Source: Eledone cirrhosa
Lineage: Eukaryota
Direction: 5' to 3'
DNA: 64,000 nucleotides
Assembly (NCBI GenBank): GCA_964016885.1
Contig: OZ024753.1
Span: 34,596,001-34,660,000 of the forward strand
In this document: piece by piece, positions 40,844 to 55,100 of the stretch
Numbering within the stretch: position 1 is the first letter of the stretch
Layout: each line of letters starts with the position of its first letter
The notes under the pieces: model-generated
Told to the model about the DNA's origin: nothing
What the model saw: the letters and a program-made list of their open reading frames with translations, nothing else
Databases searched by the model: none
Translations under genes and position numbers: made by a program

Positions 40844-41180
40844 CTGATGCGTGTCTGTGTGAATAGGGTTTTTACACAGAGCATAGTCGAATATTTAATA
40901 AGTTCACTTCGCAATCATTAGGTTACAGGTTCAATCCCATTGCATGTCTGTCATCTTAGGCAAGGGACATTTACCATTGTAATGGGTCAACCTATACCGT
41001 ATGTATGAAACTGAGTTGACGAAAACTGTTTGGAAGCCTGTCTGATAGAGTGTACTGAATCTCTTTGATAATTACGTTAAAGGTACACGTGTCTGTAGAA
41101 TTTTTAGCTGTTTATATGTTAATTTCATGAGCAGTCTGTTCATTGATAAAAACAGTTGGAGCACACATCAACATAACCGA

Positions 41181-41490
41181 TAACTTTGCCTTTCATCCTT
41201 ACGGGGTTGATAAAATAAAGTACCAGTAATGTACTGGGTAATTGCTGGCCTTGTGCCAAAAGTAGAAACAATTAATTATATGTGTGTGAATTGGCGGTGA
41301 ATTGGCGGTGAATTGGCAGTATCGGTAGAGGGTTGGACGCCATGCTTTCCAGCATAGTTACCTCCCTTTACGGTCTGAGTTCAAATCCCGCCGAGGTTAA
41401 CTTTGCCTTTCATCCTTACGGGGTCGATAAAATAAAGTACCAGTAATGTACTGGGTAATTGCTGGCCTTGTGCCGAAAGTAGAAACAATT
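41181..41490 (+). mobile_element. SINE family A partial + full copy in tandem
   Basis: Central domain and tail at 41181-41275, then a full copy with a triplicated GTGAATTGGC head. Confidence 0.85.
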
Positions 41491-41714
41491 AATTATGTGT
41501 GTGTGCGTGCTCCGACGACTTCATCAGGGGTTTCGGGTTCATATAGCATATATCTGAGTATCTGTTTAAAAAAATATAATCTTCTGAGAGGGGCCTAGCA
41601 AGAAATAGAATTGATATTTTGCTTTAGTAGAGACGTGGCTTTCAAACGTTAATAACGTTTTAAAGGGGTCAGATAGCGAAGACTATTATTCATCATAGAA
41701 GTCTGTCGTAAGCC

Positions 41715-41985
41715 AGAAGGCTCGCTAGGCTGGAGCTTATGGCGGTTTCATGGCGTGACGCGAATGAGAGTATAAAACTCTCCCTGGACAGGACGCCAGT
41801 CCATGGTAGGGTTAAACCTCCCCCCTCCCCAGCTATTACTGGTATTCATCTTTTAGCTGAGTATACTGGAGTAATGTGAAATGAAGTGTTTTGCTCAAGA
41901 ACACAACACGCAACCCAGCCCAGGAATTGGACCCATAACATTAGGATAGTAAGTCCAACACCCTTACCACTAGGCCATGTACCTC
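41715..41985 (-). mobile_element. SINE family B-like (tRNA head + CORE-like domain)
   Basis: Reverse complement has TGGCCTAGTGG (A box), GGTCCAATTCC (B-box-like) and GTGTTCTTGAGCAAAACACTTCATTTCAC. Confidence 0.65.
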
Positions 41986-42722
41986 CAAACATTCATCATA
42001 AGGTAGGGTGAAATATATTTTGTACTCTAAAGGAATGTGAAAGACATGCTTTTTACGCCCGTCCTTTCATGCTTGCATGGTGTGGACAAAGACCCCTGCT
42101 AGAGCTTAATCCGATTTCATGGAACGTTAAGTGACTCAGAGTACGAGACCAAAAGCTAGTCTGTTGCAGATCTAACTGCCGCTGGTACCTATTTTCAGCT
42201 GTGTGAACTGTAGCAAACGGATAAAATTATAGCAAGGGGTTTGGTGATGTGGGGACGTAGAAGATACACTTAAATGGGGAAGCCGCTCTAAGGGCCAACA
42301 AGACAAACTCCCACTTTAGCAAGAAACAAGGTTTGATAGTGTATTTTCATCACCATATAATTATTTTCAGTGTAAGCTTTAGTACATCCTTATGTATTGA
42401 TCATACAATAGTATCTATGAAACATCATACATTTCTGCTCCATAAAGTGTAAACGTGATAAGCAGTTAAAAACAAACACCATAGACTTATTAATACCAAT
42501 TTAACCATACATATTCTACTTTTAGCAACATTGTCATTAATTTTATTTATAAATCTTATTTAAAATATCAGCATTGTTTGATTTCATGCGACGTTGTTCC
42601 TAATATTATTTTTACCTGTAAAAATATATTCTATGATATTTATTTAGAACAATAATATTCATGTAATGTTTATATGCTTGTTACTCAGACAATTTATCTA
42701 CAATATCATTTGTCTTTTACAG

Positions 42723-42992
42723 ATGTGTGCTATTGCTATAATATGTTTCATAATAGCATGGCTACCCTATGCTGTGATTTGTCTCTGGTCTATTTACGGC
42801 CATCCTGACTATATACCACACTATGTTCAGATTCTGCCGTCCCTGTTCGCCAAGTCATCAGCATCTTACAACCCAATAATTTATGTTGCGCTTAACCGAC
42901 GTTTCAGGTTAGCTATTGCCAAGATGTTTCGGTGTAATAACGACCAACGCCCTCTGGAGGAGGAACTGAGGATGAAAAACATGATGTGTTAA
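42723..42992 (+). CDS. RRH: Peropsin-like opsin, terminal coding exon (TM6, TM7, C-tail)
   Basis: Acceptor TTGTCTTTTACAG, phase 0. Translates MCAIAIICFIIAWLPYAVICLWSIYG..LPSLFAKSSASYNPIIYVALNRRFR, with the Schiff-base Lys (K296 equivalent), NPxxY and helix-8 NRRF. Stop TAA at 42990-42992. Confidence 0.92.
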   Translation: MCAIAIICFIIAWLPYAVICLWSIYGHPDYIPHYVQILPSLFAKSSASYNPIIYVALNRRFRLAIAKMFRCNNDQRPLEEELRMKNMMC

Positions 42993-43566
42993 AATTCCAA
43001 GAAGTCATTTTGGAGTATCATAATAATAATTATTACGAGATGATTGATGACCAATGGTTATCAAAGAGTGTTCATGAATGCCTGAATATGTATGTGTGTA
43101 TGTTTCCCAGTGAGGATGTGTTGCTGTATTTTTCTTTGCCCCCCACCCCTTTTTTTTTAGAAGTTAAATAACTTTATCATTTGTGTCCACTGATATGAAA
43201 AGGTTCGCCGGTGAAAGTTGTCATTATTTCGTCATGCAATATTCGTAATAACACGAAATATATGAAGAGTTTTTTCACCATTTACTTACTTTACATGGTA
43301 TATGAACTTCGAATAATCTATACATCAGATTTTCAGTAAGTTATAGAATACCATTTTCTCATTTAAAAGATGAGATAACTCTATAAAAAGACAGATTCTC
43401 TAAATCAAAATTGAGATTTCTCATCCAAAATCAAAAGATTTTATTAAACGTAACAAAAACTACAAAACAATTTTTTTTTTTTTTTTGCAAAGACAAAAAT
43501 AATAGAAAAAGAGACGGTTTCAATTCAGATGCGAATTTCCATTAAACATTTGAATTGTCTCTTTAA

Positions 43567-43572
43567 AATAAA
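43567..43572 (+). terminator. Candidate polyadenylation signal AATAAA for the opsin
   Basis: AATAAA ~575 nt after the stop, before the microsatellite zone; the AT-rich context makes this weak. Confidence 0.25.
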
Positions 43573-43879
43573 CAAAATTTTATTTAAAGCTCAATATTTT
43601 TAACGAAAGACTTTATTGTAATCGGGGAACAACACTTCGACCTTAAACTGGGATATATGTCTGAAGGGCATATTTTGTTTTTACAGTTGGGTATATATCA
43701 CCTGATATAATACGTTTCAAAAGACTTCACTAGAGGAAAGATTCCTATCTAAGTACAAAAGACCTTAATTCTTGCCTACACACACAAACCCACACACGCG
43801 CATATACATACATATATATATTTTATACACACATATTTACACATCTATACATATACACGATATATGTCAATTATATATA

Positions 43880-44237
43880 TATATATATATATGTAGTATA
43901 CGCACATTTACATATCTATACATATATGTAGTATATATATATATATATTTCTATATATATATATATATATGTGTGTAGTATACGCTCATTTATATATCTA
44001 TACATATATGTAGTATATATATATATATATTTCTATATATATATATATATATGTGTGTAGTATACGCTCATTTATATATCTATACATATATGTAGTATAT
44101 ATATATATATATTTCTATATATATATATATATGTGTGTAGTATACGCTCATTTATATATCTATACATATATGTAGTATATATACATATATATATATATGT
44201 AGTATACGTACATTTACATATCTATACATATATGTAG

Positions 44238-44268
<31 letters not shown>

Positions 44269-44400
44269 CTATATATATACATGTGTAGTATACGCTCATT
44301 TACATATATATATATACTACATATATGTATAGCTATGTAGTGTACGCACATTTACATATCTATACATATATGTAGTATATATATGTCAATTATATATATA
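43880..44400. repeat. Compound tandem repeat, unit GTAGTATACGC(A/T)CATTTA(C/T)ATATCTATACATATATGTAGTA(TA)n
   Basis: About 7 copies with variable TA spacers. Confidence 0.85.
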
Positions 44401-44515
44401 TATATACACACATACATATACGCATTATATATATATATATATTCATATATATACCTCCAACACACACATGTGTGTATATATATGTATATACACACACACA
44501 CACACACATATATAC

Positions 44516-44548
<33 letters not shown>

Positions 44549-44607
44549 TATATACATATATATACACACACACACACATATATATACATATATATATATA
44601 TACACAC

Positions 44608-44640
<33 letters not shown>

Positions 44641-46360
44641 TATATTATATATATATATATATATATATGCGTATATATACATACACACATATACGTGCGA
44701 GAGTGATTGTGTGAGTGAGTGTGAGTGTGTGTGTGTGTGTGTACGGACATGCGTGTATGAAGGCGCATACTTCGTTTGTCTTCTAGACTTATCGGTTTGT
44801 AAATCCGTAAAGCTACTACTTTTGTCAAATTGTATAATGTGTCACAGATAAAATATTCATTTCTTACACCTTAATATGACAGAAGACCATTGCAAATGTT
44901 ATTTGTACATTCAACCTCGAGGGCTGTGAGATATCGAGGTGTTATTACGTATATCGAGTTCAATGAACACTCCTCTAAATTGCAATGAGTGTTTACTACA
45001 TAGATCCAGGCTTGTCGAAAAGCCTATTTAATCTGAGAGAAGGCGGTGAATTGGCAGAGTCGTTAGAATGTCGGATAGAATATTTTGAGGTATTCGTTCC
45101 GGCTCTCTGAGTTCGAAACCTGTCAAGGTCAACTCTGCCTGTCGTCCTTTCAAGGTCGTTAAAAGAGTACCAGTCCAGTTCTAGGATCGATTCTTCTTCT
45201 ATATCTCTTTCTCAATTCCTTTCTATCACTATTTCTATACCTGTCTTCTGGAAGAAATCGGCTGCATCCGGCCTGGAGTGGGAATTAGATCCACAACATA
45301 CGCTCTATGTCACTACAGCACCACTACAATCCCAACTGAAGCCAATGATCCATACATAATTTGAGAGAAGCTTGAGCCAGAAAACTGCACAATGCACACC
45401 TGTTACTGATAAATATAAATTTGAATGCTCCAAACATTTATACGAACTTTAACGCCATTCTATTTCTCATAAAGACAATATCTTGTACTCATTTGGTATT
45501 CACGGTACTACTGAAAACTTTCCTTTATATAAAATACAACCTTAAGTGGGTCATTTTTGCTCAAACTCTTTTGGATTCAAGTTATTGGCTGGCACGCATT
45601 TTGTAAGTAGAAAGTCGAGAAAGTGATTGGTTCTGTCATCAATTATTCTGTCATCAAAGAAATATTTCCAGTACAAAAAGGGAAATGAATCTTATTAAGA
45701 ATTAAAAACAGGACGCTGATCTTTTCACGTAAAAATAAACGATTCAAAAGAACGCATTTAAACGCCATTAAGCAACTTGTCTACATTTAGAGTTAGCAAT
45801 ACCCAACTACTTCTTTTGTATTTAAGACACGACCAGTAAATTGCTTGTAGGCGTAAATGATTTAACCCGGCAATTGAACTTCTGTCACAGGCAGGGATAA
45901 CCAGGAGTCTGTTACACTTTACAATGCTTATTAAAGAATTACAAATATCTCAACGATTCATGATATATCATTGGATTACATTCAACAACTTTCTCTCAAA
46001 AACTTATTTGAAAATATTTTGTCATGTTACTCAATCTCTATTCTCTCTTTCTCTTTCACTCTCTCTCTGATATACACACATACTGATATACATACATAAA
46101 TTTTGCATCTAATAACTACATATACACATGTACATGCACACATACAACTCAAAACATCCACATCCACACATACAATAACATCCATACCTACACATGCATG
46201 CACGCAGACATACATATTTACGTAGTTGATGGTGTGTAAATTCCAAAGAGAGAGTCTTGTGTCTATGTTAGAAACCGACTCTCTCCCTATTGGCAAACAT
46301 TTGTGAAATTATAAAACCAGAAGAACACATACACACACACACATATATATATATATATTA

Positions 46361-46488
46361 TGTTTATTATAGAAATGGCTTCTACAGGACTGGGAGTGTT
46401 TCATTCAAAAGAAATCATCAGGAAAGACTGATGATTTCTTTTGACTGAAACAGTTCTATTCCTGTAGAAGACATTTCTACATTAAACA
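46361..46488. repeat. Palindrome of two inverted hammerhead-like halves (family of 26969-27050)
   Basis: AGAAATGGCTTCTACAGGA..TGTTTCATTCAAAAGAAATCATCAG / CTGATGATTTCTTTTGACTGAAACA..TCCTGTAGAAGACATTTCT. Confidence 0.8.
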
Positions 46489-46921
46489 TGATATTTACAC
46501 TCTACTAATGTATTGAGTTCCTTACTTACTGTGGTTACCCCTGATTGAACCCGGAACACACACACACACACATATATACATACATACATAAGTTACATCC
46601 CAAATCTATTGCAAGTCATATCATTCAGTAAAGATATAATTAATTAAGGGTGGGAAAATTTGGGGAAGAATCTAGAGAAAATCTCTTAAATTTCGATTCC
46701 CCGTTGTCTTGGCTTGATCTGCTAACGTTTAAAACGTACCAGAAACTGAATAATGTTAATAAATAAAGATTATTGTGGCTTTGAATGAGCCATATCCCGT
46801 TGAACTATATTTTATCACTAACAAGTCATATATAATTACTTTTATCTTCTTGAGGAGACAACCCAGAAACTCTATGACACTGTAAAACCTCTGTGAGATG
46901 ATATATGAAGCTGGCGTTTAA

Positions 46922-47105
46922 CCCTTTAGCATTTAAGCTGGTCATATTCGGCCAGAATTCTCTCACCTCTTTCTGTTCAAACTGGCTGTAACTGGCCACT
47001 CACACCAATGTTAACATATTGTTCTCAAAATAAATAATATCAAAATCTCATAGCTTCAATATTATGTGAGATATTATGTGAGGTAAAGCTTTTACCATGA
47101 AAATA
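46922..47105. mobile_element. Truncated copy of the piggyBac-type MITE at 34073
   Basis: TTAA|CCCTTTAGCATTTAA..ATTCGGCCAGAATTCTCTCAC..CAAAATCTCATAG; right TIR not seen. Confidence 0.75.
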
Positions 47106-47711
47106 ATACCAAGATTGGAGGTGCGATATATTATCAACGATCTACCAACCATAAACAAGATCTTTCAGTACATGCAGAATTCATAAAGATTTAACAACAG
47201 AGACTTCTAACTGCTTTATAGCTGTCCTTGTTTTCCACTTCTTTTTTCTTATTTATGCACTTTTGCTTCTTATTGTTCACCTTTTCCTTTGTTTTGTGTT
47301 TCTCTCTTGTATTTGTTTCTTAATTGTAAATGGTATTAGACAACTCTCCCAGTCTGTCGTTGGTCACTACCTCTATATGAGATTTTGAATTGAGTAAGCA
47401 GACCTACCTGTATACTTTGTTGAGTGTTCTATTCTGCATATAATAGTGTCGGTGATTGCCTAACATATTTTACTAACCATATATATATATATATCAAAAC
47501 TAAGTGTTCAAACCAGTCAAGGATTAGATGTTAGTTGTGAGAATTATAAGCCAGTAGCGAAGAGGGCAGTGTGCTCAATGCCTATTAAGTGCAAGACAAG
47601 CGTACAGTAAAAGTTAGCAAGAGAAATATAAGTCATGCAAAAAGTATATAGTCAAAGCGTTAATGTAAAAATTATAGTAAGAGAATAGACAACCAAATTA
47701 TATATATATAT

Positions 47712-47805
47712 ATGTGAGAAATATATATATGTGAGAAATATATATATGTGAGAAATATATATATGTGAGAAATATATATATGTGAGAAATATATATATGT
47801 GAGAA
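47712..47805. repeat. Tandem repeat ATGTGAGAAATATATAT(AT), 6 copies
   Basis: Directly visible. Confidence 0.9.
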
Positions 47806-48264
47806 AAACCACAGACCCTCCATCTCAACTCACCTTTTGAAAAGCAGAAGAACTGCGAAACCGGTAAAGGAACCAAATAAATATATATATTTTTTTTTAA
47901 AATAAGACTTCAGTTGCATTTTCGATTTCATCTATTTTTCTTTATATATATATATATATATTGGAAAATGTGTGGAATATTTGGTACAGTTAGGTATATT
48001 TAAAAAAAGGAAAAGAATGATTGATCGCCACCGACGAATGCGAGAAAGTTCTCCAGGAAAGTTAATCAGGAATCTTTAAAAATCTCCCCACCGAAGTCAA
48101 CAAAGAACTTACTAGATCTACAAAACCAAATTGTAAAATCATAATATAAAATCAAATTAAACTGTTTAGAACTACAAGTGAAGTCATTCTTTTCCTTTTA
48201 TTTTTTTGAATATATATGTATATATATGTATATATATATATATACATATATATATATACATATA

Positions 48265-48643
48265 TATATTAATAAAAGGAATTCCAGCTTTGTCTGATTT
48301 ACTCGTTTTATTTACAATCCTTTAAAATTTATAATGGTATTATAATGAAATAGTATGGTAGAATATTAAATGTTAAGTGTTAATTGAACAAGTACTTTCA
48401 TGCGTTCGCAATCTTCAGGTTCATATTCTGTGGTGACAGTCAAGTTTGCAATTTTCAACAGTTGAAAATTGCAAACTTGACTGTCACCACCTGAAGATTG
48501 CGAAAGCATGAAAGTACTTGTTCAATTAACACTTAACATTTAATATTCTACCATACTATTTCATTCTAATACCATTATAAATTTTAAAGGATTGTAAATA
48601 AAACGAGTAAATGAGACAAAGTTGGAATTCCTTTTATTAATAT
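48265..48643. repeat. ~380-bp near-perfect palindrome with a hammerhead motif in each arm
   Basis: TAATAAAAGGAATTCCA...TTTGCAATTTTCAAC-a-GTTGAAAATTGCAAA...TGGAATTCCTTTTATTA, flanked by TA runs. Confidence 0.93.
48385..48423 (-). ncRNA. Minimal hammerhead ribozyme motif (left arm of palindrome; partner on + strand at ~48490-48523)
   Basis: Minus strand TGAAC-CTGAAGA-tTGCG aa CGCAt-GAAA-GTAC-TT-GTTCA: perfect stem I, palindromic GTAC loop, CUU site. Confidence 0.6.
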
Positions 48644-48686
48644 AATCTTCTATACACAACCATACACACCCGTGTATATGTATATA

Positions 48687-48784
<98 letters not shown>

Positions 48785-49060
48785 ATATCAAAAGATGGTT
48801 AAAAGAGTTCCATGTATTTTATTATGCGCATTTCAAAAACAAAAACAAATATCATCATGCAATAACATTTGTGTTTTCATCAGATAAAATAGGAAGACAT
48901 GATATGAAGGTTAAAGAACACTTGTGAATAGTGCAGTTTTAAATCAACATATACTCCAGTCCTACAAACTGTAGAGTGCTTCTTATCCGATATCTGCATT
49001 GCTTTATTGTACAACAATAAAACTCACCTCCTACATTTTATATATATATATATATATATA

Positions 49061-49304
49061 CGATATTAAACAAATGGAAACTATATTTATAAAACCATAT
49101 TTATTTCGTTATATATATTTCTGGGATATCATATTAAAAATATGGTATGCCTTCCTCAGATAAAATACAATACATAAGCTGTTTTATAAATAATTATTGA
49201 CATACCTTATAATAATGCAACTTCAATTTAAAAAGTTGATTTGGTATGATATCCCAGAAATAAATATGGTTTTATAAATATAGTTTCCATTTGTTTAATA
49301 TCGT
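49061..49304. repeat. Inverted repeat element with degenerate hammerhead core on - strand (~49110-49162)
   Basis: CGATATTAAACAAATGGAAACTATATTTATAAAACCATATTTATTTC / GAAATAAATATGGTTTTATAAATATAGTTTCCATTTGTTTAATATCG; minus strand CTGAGGA...GAAATATATA. Confidence 0.75.
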
Positions 49305-50065
49305 AAACCTACTCCAGAAACTGTTGAGTGCTTTTATATCAGTTATAAAATATTTACTCGTTGTAACCCAACAATCTTAAATAAAACTTTTGCATATATA
49401 TATATATATATATATATACTTTACTAGTCTATGATCTTGCCCACTACTTAGAGCTAATTATATATCTAGGTTAAAACGTGCAAATGGCAGAGAATACTAA
49501 ATATATGGCTGAAGTGATATATACACAGTTATTATAGCTGTGTTGGTATACCAGTGACTCGAAGGTCATAAGATTCGGGATTAAGAGAATTTATCCAACT
49601 GGTTTTATAAGTGTCCATAACCACAAGAACTCGTCCCTCATGTCATCTTACAAGTAAATTAAATTCCTGTACATCTCTGTATTTGTCTATCTCTCTAACT
49701 TGTACTTCGAGAGATAGACAATATATATAAATGTAGAGGTCACCACAGTGGCATGTAGAGGTCACCACAGTGACATGTACAGGCACTTAAGTTTCGTCGG
49801 ATTGTTTGCCACAACTCATTCAGTTTGTGATAAAAAAAAAAAAATGGTTTCCCACCGTGGAGATTTGAGAAAGTATCAACTCCTCATATGTACTGAGTGC
49901 TCTAAGCTATTGGATATTTATACTACAACATATATATGTATATTTAATCAATCTATTACTGTACCTCTATCTCTCTAATATTTAGCCGTCTGTCACATCA
50001 TCTGTCTATACGGTTAAGTATTAAAACTTTAGCCAGCATAAACCTGTCTATTGTCACTTATCTTT

Positions 50066-50253
50066 AGGGCGGTGGATTGGCAGTATCGGTAGAGGGTCGG
50101 ACACCATGCTTTCCAGCATAGTTACATCCCTTTACGATCTGAGTTCAAATCCCGCCGACGTTGACTTTGCCTTTCATCCTTACGGGGTCGATAAAATAAA
50201 GTACCAGTAATGCACTGGGTAATTGCTGGCCTTGTGCCTAAAGTAGAAACAAT
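50066..50253 (+). mobile_element. SINE family A, full-length
   Basis: AGGGCGGTGGATTGGCAGTATCGGTAGAGGGTCGG...GAGTTCAAATCCCGCC...AGTAGAAACAATT. Confidence 0.88.
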
Positions 50254-51273
50254 TATCACTTATCTTATTTTGATGCCTTGTCAGTTTATCTCATTCTCTC
50301 ACATTGCTATAAACCACACATAAGTACACCGACTAAATAAGCTCTCTATATATATAGAGAGAGGTTTGTGCCAGTATGTTTATATATATCTTTGTATGTG
50401 TGCATATATCTACCTATGTATATATGTGCCTTTGTATGTGTGTGTATATATATATGCATACATATGTACAGGTTTGCGCCTATATATATATATATATATA
50501 TCTTTGTATGTGTTTGTGTATGTATGTATGCATGCATATATGTATGTATGTATGTATGCATATATGTATGTATGTATGCATACGTAAAATATGTATATGT
50601 GGTTCACCTCAACACTTTTTCCCACTGTGTAATAGTCTCTAGTATAAAATTAAGATAAACAATTGTTTTCTCCACTAAGTCTTTTCTTTTCTTCAAACAA
50701 TATTACATCTCTGAACCATCAGCAATTTTTTACTCTCCATTTTTTACTTTTAATCTTTTTCTCCATTTTTTCGACGAAGAAGCGCTGTCCGAAATGTCAA
50801 CTTTTTGTTTCTCTGAGTTAATTACATTTACTTTATACACTGTTTTTGTCTCTTTTCTTTTCTTTTTATCTTTTTGCTATTGATCTATCTTGATATTAAT
50901 TACCTGTACACACATACATACACACACACTCACTGATACATACACGCATACAGAAACACGCACACACTCTTTCTGTATGGGAGAATTAGAATATATTTTG
51001 ATGAGGTTTTTTCTAAATGGTAAGATTGTAATGAAAAATATATCTACACCGTATATATTTTTCTTTTCTTCATCCATGCTTTTTCTCATCTCTACTTCTC
51101 CTCCCATTTCTTTTTCTCTACCGCCTGTCTTCCTCCTCTTTCTTTCAACCAAAAATCAGTTTTCACATACTTTCTATCTTCGATGAAAGACTAACGTTCG
51201 AAACATTGACTCATTTCCAAATATATCAACTGCTAAACTAATATAACATCACTGTGTTGCTTTTCCTTATTGG

Positions 51274-51320
<47 letters not shown>

Positions 51321-51873
51321 TAAATTTAGTCCTTCATCAGTGATCTTCCATCGCTTTAAAGACCATATACCTCCGGTTGGTGCGAGCAACGGCTAAAGAA
51401 AGTCGTTGGGACATGTAAATAGGGGGAACGAGCGAGACAGTAAACAATCAAAGATGGTAATGCAACGAAAAGTGAGGAAGAAGTGAGTCAAGTCCCTGAA
51501 ATCGATGAACATAGTGGACGAGAGAGAATAAAGACCATCAAACCTGGTCGAAATGTGAGCAAGGAAAGAATTTCGCACAGGTCAAACGGGAGATATATAT
51601 ATTATCATAGCGCGATCCATAATAATGGTGTATACGATATACGATATTTTTATGTATAGTAAACACATACAAGTCTCGCTATGCATGTTTAAAGCTGTGA
51701 TCATGTCTCAGTAGTCGTGTGAGAACGCTGGAGAATAGCTTGTTAAGATCATAATTTGTTATAAATGCACACACGCACACACACACATATATATATATAT
51801 ATACATTGATATATAATTCTCCACATAAATTTGATTTTTATATATCTTTACCTTTGCTATGTATGTATGTATG

Positions 51874-51922
<49 letters not shown>

Positions 51923-51936
51923 TTATATACATATAG

Positions 51937-51967
<31 letters not shown>

Positions 51968-51978
51968 TATACATATAG

Positions 51979-52009
<31 letters not shown>

Positions 52010-52128
52010 TACATATAGATATATATATATGTATATATATATAACTTTGAATAACTTTGAAATGTTTTGGCCAGTATTGGCCCAGGCCATGTCTAACTTA
52101 ATAGCACCACCTGGCGAAGTCTTTCAAT

Positions 52129-55100
52129 TCAGGATTTGGGCACCATGGCCCATTCGAGAAGAGAATTACTGTTTGCGGAGACATATCCGGGTGTGGGTGG
52201 TTTGTCCGGGATTACTTGGAGGAATTTGTCCAAAGACTTCTTGAATTTTGTGTGGTCAGTTTCTGTTTTGACGTGTCCTGGTGTGATGTTGAAGAGAGCA
52301 GGGCCGATTGAGGTGAAATAATTGTGCCGTATTGTTGTTATGAGTTGCGATTTAGATTTTTGAATGGGACGGATAGCACGGGGCCCAAGCCTTGGGTGTA
52401 TCTTGAAGGCGATGCCAACATCATTTGGGCAGTGATGATGGAACATTTTCCACATCATGCAGATAATATAACGCTCACGGCGACGTTGGAGTGAGTAAAG
52501 TTTCAGGTTTTCTAATCGACCCCAGTAGTCAAGGTCTGACATGCCATCTATCTTTTTCGTGATTGCCCTTTGTTTCAAGCTTCAAGTTTCATGATACTTT
52601 GTTTCGTGTGGGGAGACCACAGTGGACAACAGTATTCAAGGTGTGGTCGGGCGAAAGTAGAGAAGAGAAGGATAATGGTGCGGGAATCTCTCGACTGGAA
52701 GGTTCTGAGGATCCAGGAACACATTCTGCGGGCCATGTCAACTTTGCTGCTTATATGCGTGGTCCAGCTTATGTTGCTGTCCACGGTTACTCCCAAGTCT
52801 CTGATGTTGTTAGATGCCACGAGAGTTTCCCCGGAGGGAAGGGAGTACGGGAGTTTCAGAGCATCCTCTTTTCCAAAGTGGATCAGTTCGAATTTGTCTT
52901 CGTTCAGTAACATGTTGTTCTTTTCTGCCCATTGGGTAACAGCCAGTAGGTCTGACTGAAGGCTTATCCGGTCATCCACGCCATTGATGACCTTTTGGAG
53001 CTTGGAATCATCAGCGAAAATTTTAATGTTGCTGTGTTTGATGATGTCAGTGATGTCATTAATATAGATGATGAAGAGAAGTGGGCCCAACACAGTGCCT
53101 TGTGGGACCCCACTACTGACTTTGGTTGGGCTTGATTTGACTCCCTCAACTACAACATGTTGGGTTCTGTTTGACAGGAAGCTCTTGATCCACTGCAGCA
53201 GCTTTCCAGTGACACCAATATTGGACAGCTTTCTCAGTAGAATGTTATGATCAACCCTGTCAAAGGCCTTGCTGAAATCAAGGTAGATAACATCAGTGTT
53301 GGAACCCTCTCCCAAGGCTCTCAAAATGTCATCAAAGTGATGCAGTAGCTGCGTCAGGCAATCCCTTCCATTACGGAATCCATGCTGGTTGGAGTTCAGC
53401 ATATTGTTACTCTCAAGGAAGTGGGTCATTCGCGATCTCACCACTCGCTCAAATACCTTAATGATATGAGAGGTGAGTGAGATTGGACGGTAATTCACGG
53501 CAAGGGATTTGTTTCCCTTTTTGAAAACTGGGACAACAGACTGGGATAGAAGGTTTTCTGGCACATATCCAGCATCCAGTGAGTTCTGCCACAGATTGGC
53601 AAGAGGAGATGCAAGTTGGTGTTGACACGCCTTCAAGACACAAGCAGGGAACCTATCGGGACCTACTGCTGAATTATGCTTGATTTCCTTTATTGCCGCC
53701 AAGACATCAGGGGCGCCAAACGTTATGTCCGATAAGGTGTAATGGGGAGTAACATCGCCGATACAGCCCAGATCGGCCATATCAGGATTGCTGAAAACAG
53801 AGCAGTATTGTTTCTGCAGTATCTCACCCATGGTTTTAGCATTGTCTTGAAGAGTGCCATTTTCATCAATTAGAGGGCCAACGGTAGAGCCAGTGATTTT
53901 GTGTTTTTTTGCAAATGAAAAGAACACTTTGGGATTGAGTTTGATCTTCTCAATGGCCCAGGCCTCTTCAGCTCTTCTCTGATTGTTGATGAGGGACATT
54001 ATGTTGTTTTGGAGGTTATGTTTTTTAATCTCTAGTGATGAAATGGCAGTCAAGTTGATGTGTTGCTGCTGACAGTATTTCAGCTTGTTGATTTTTTTGT
54101 TCGTTCTCTTAATTTTTCTGATGAGCGTTTTTCTATTTCTAGGGATTCTGCTCTTAGATTTGTTTATAGTTCTTAATGGGGTGTGTTTAGCACATATGTT
54201 TGTAACAGTGTCCACAAATGTCTGCCAGGACTTTTTGATGTTAGTGGGTGTATGAGTGTGCGTGAAGGACCAGTCGACATGTGCAAGATCATGACTGATC
54301 GCTTCCCAGTTTGCATTGTGGAAATCCATAGCGTCAAACGGATGGACAGGAGAGATGACATTGGGTTTGTATATTGGACGGTGGAATCTCAGATCACAGA
54401 GAACCATGTCATGATCAGAGAGTAGAGTTTTCTCCACTGCAATATTGTGGATATTGTCAGTGTGATTGCTGAAAATTAAGTCTAGGACGTTTTTGTGGCA
54501 CCTCGTTGGTTCGAGCACCAGTTGGGATAGGAAGAAATCATCCATGAAGTCAAGAAGCGATTCCACAGCTTCCCTGTCAGAGGTTGAGGCAGAAGAACCT
54601 GGTGGCAGGCTGTTTGTGGACCAGTCAACTCCGGGGAGGTTGAAGTCCCCCATCATTAAGATGTTGTCAGGGTGACACTCTTGGATGAAACACTTTATGC
54701 TGTTGAGGCATTCCTTGAAGCATGGTACAGGCGTTTGGGGTGGCCTATAGAGCCCAACAACTAATAGGTTGTTGGTTTGACTGAATACAGTGACTGCTTC
54801 ACAGTATCCATTAGTGAATATGTTCATAGCCTCTGTTGAGAAAGAATTATGGACATAAATGGCAGTTCCGCCCTTTCTTCTGCCAGCGCGATCAGCACGG
54901 ATGGCTTTGAAATTTTTCACTTTCACCTCGGCTTCCAAGTGGAGGTTACTGAGATGGGTTTCAGTGAGGACGAAGAAAGGGATGTGGTTTGGATGGACAT
55001 CAATCCAGTCCTCCAGGAATTTGATCTTCCATTTTTGAGTATTGGTGGAAGGGCTGATGCCTTGGGCGTTAAGCAAAAATGTAGAGGCGAGAGTGGATGG

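Noticed and set aside
52570-52580. TGA ending the 858-aa ORF as a readthrough or Sec codon
   Set aside because: Homology continues in a different frame (QRAITKKI), so this is a small indel, not readthrough.
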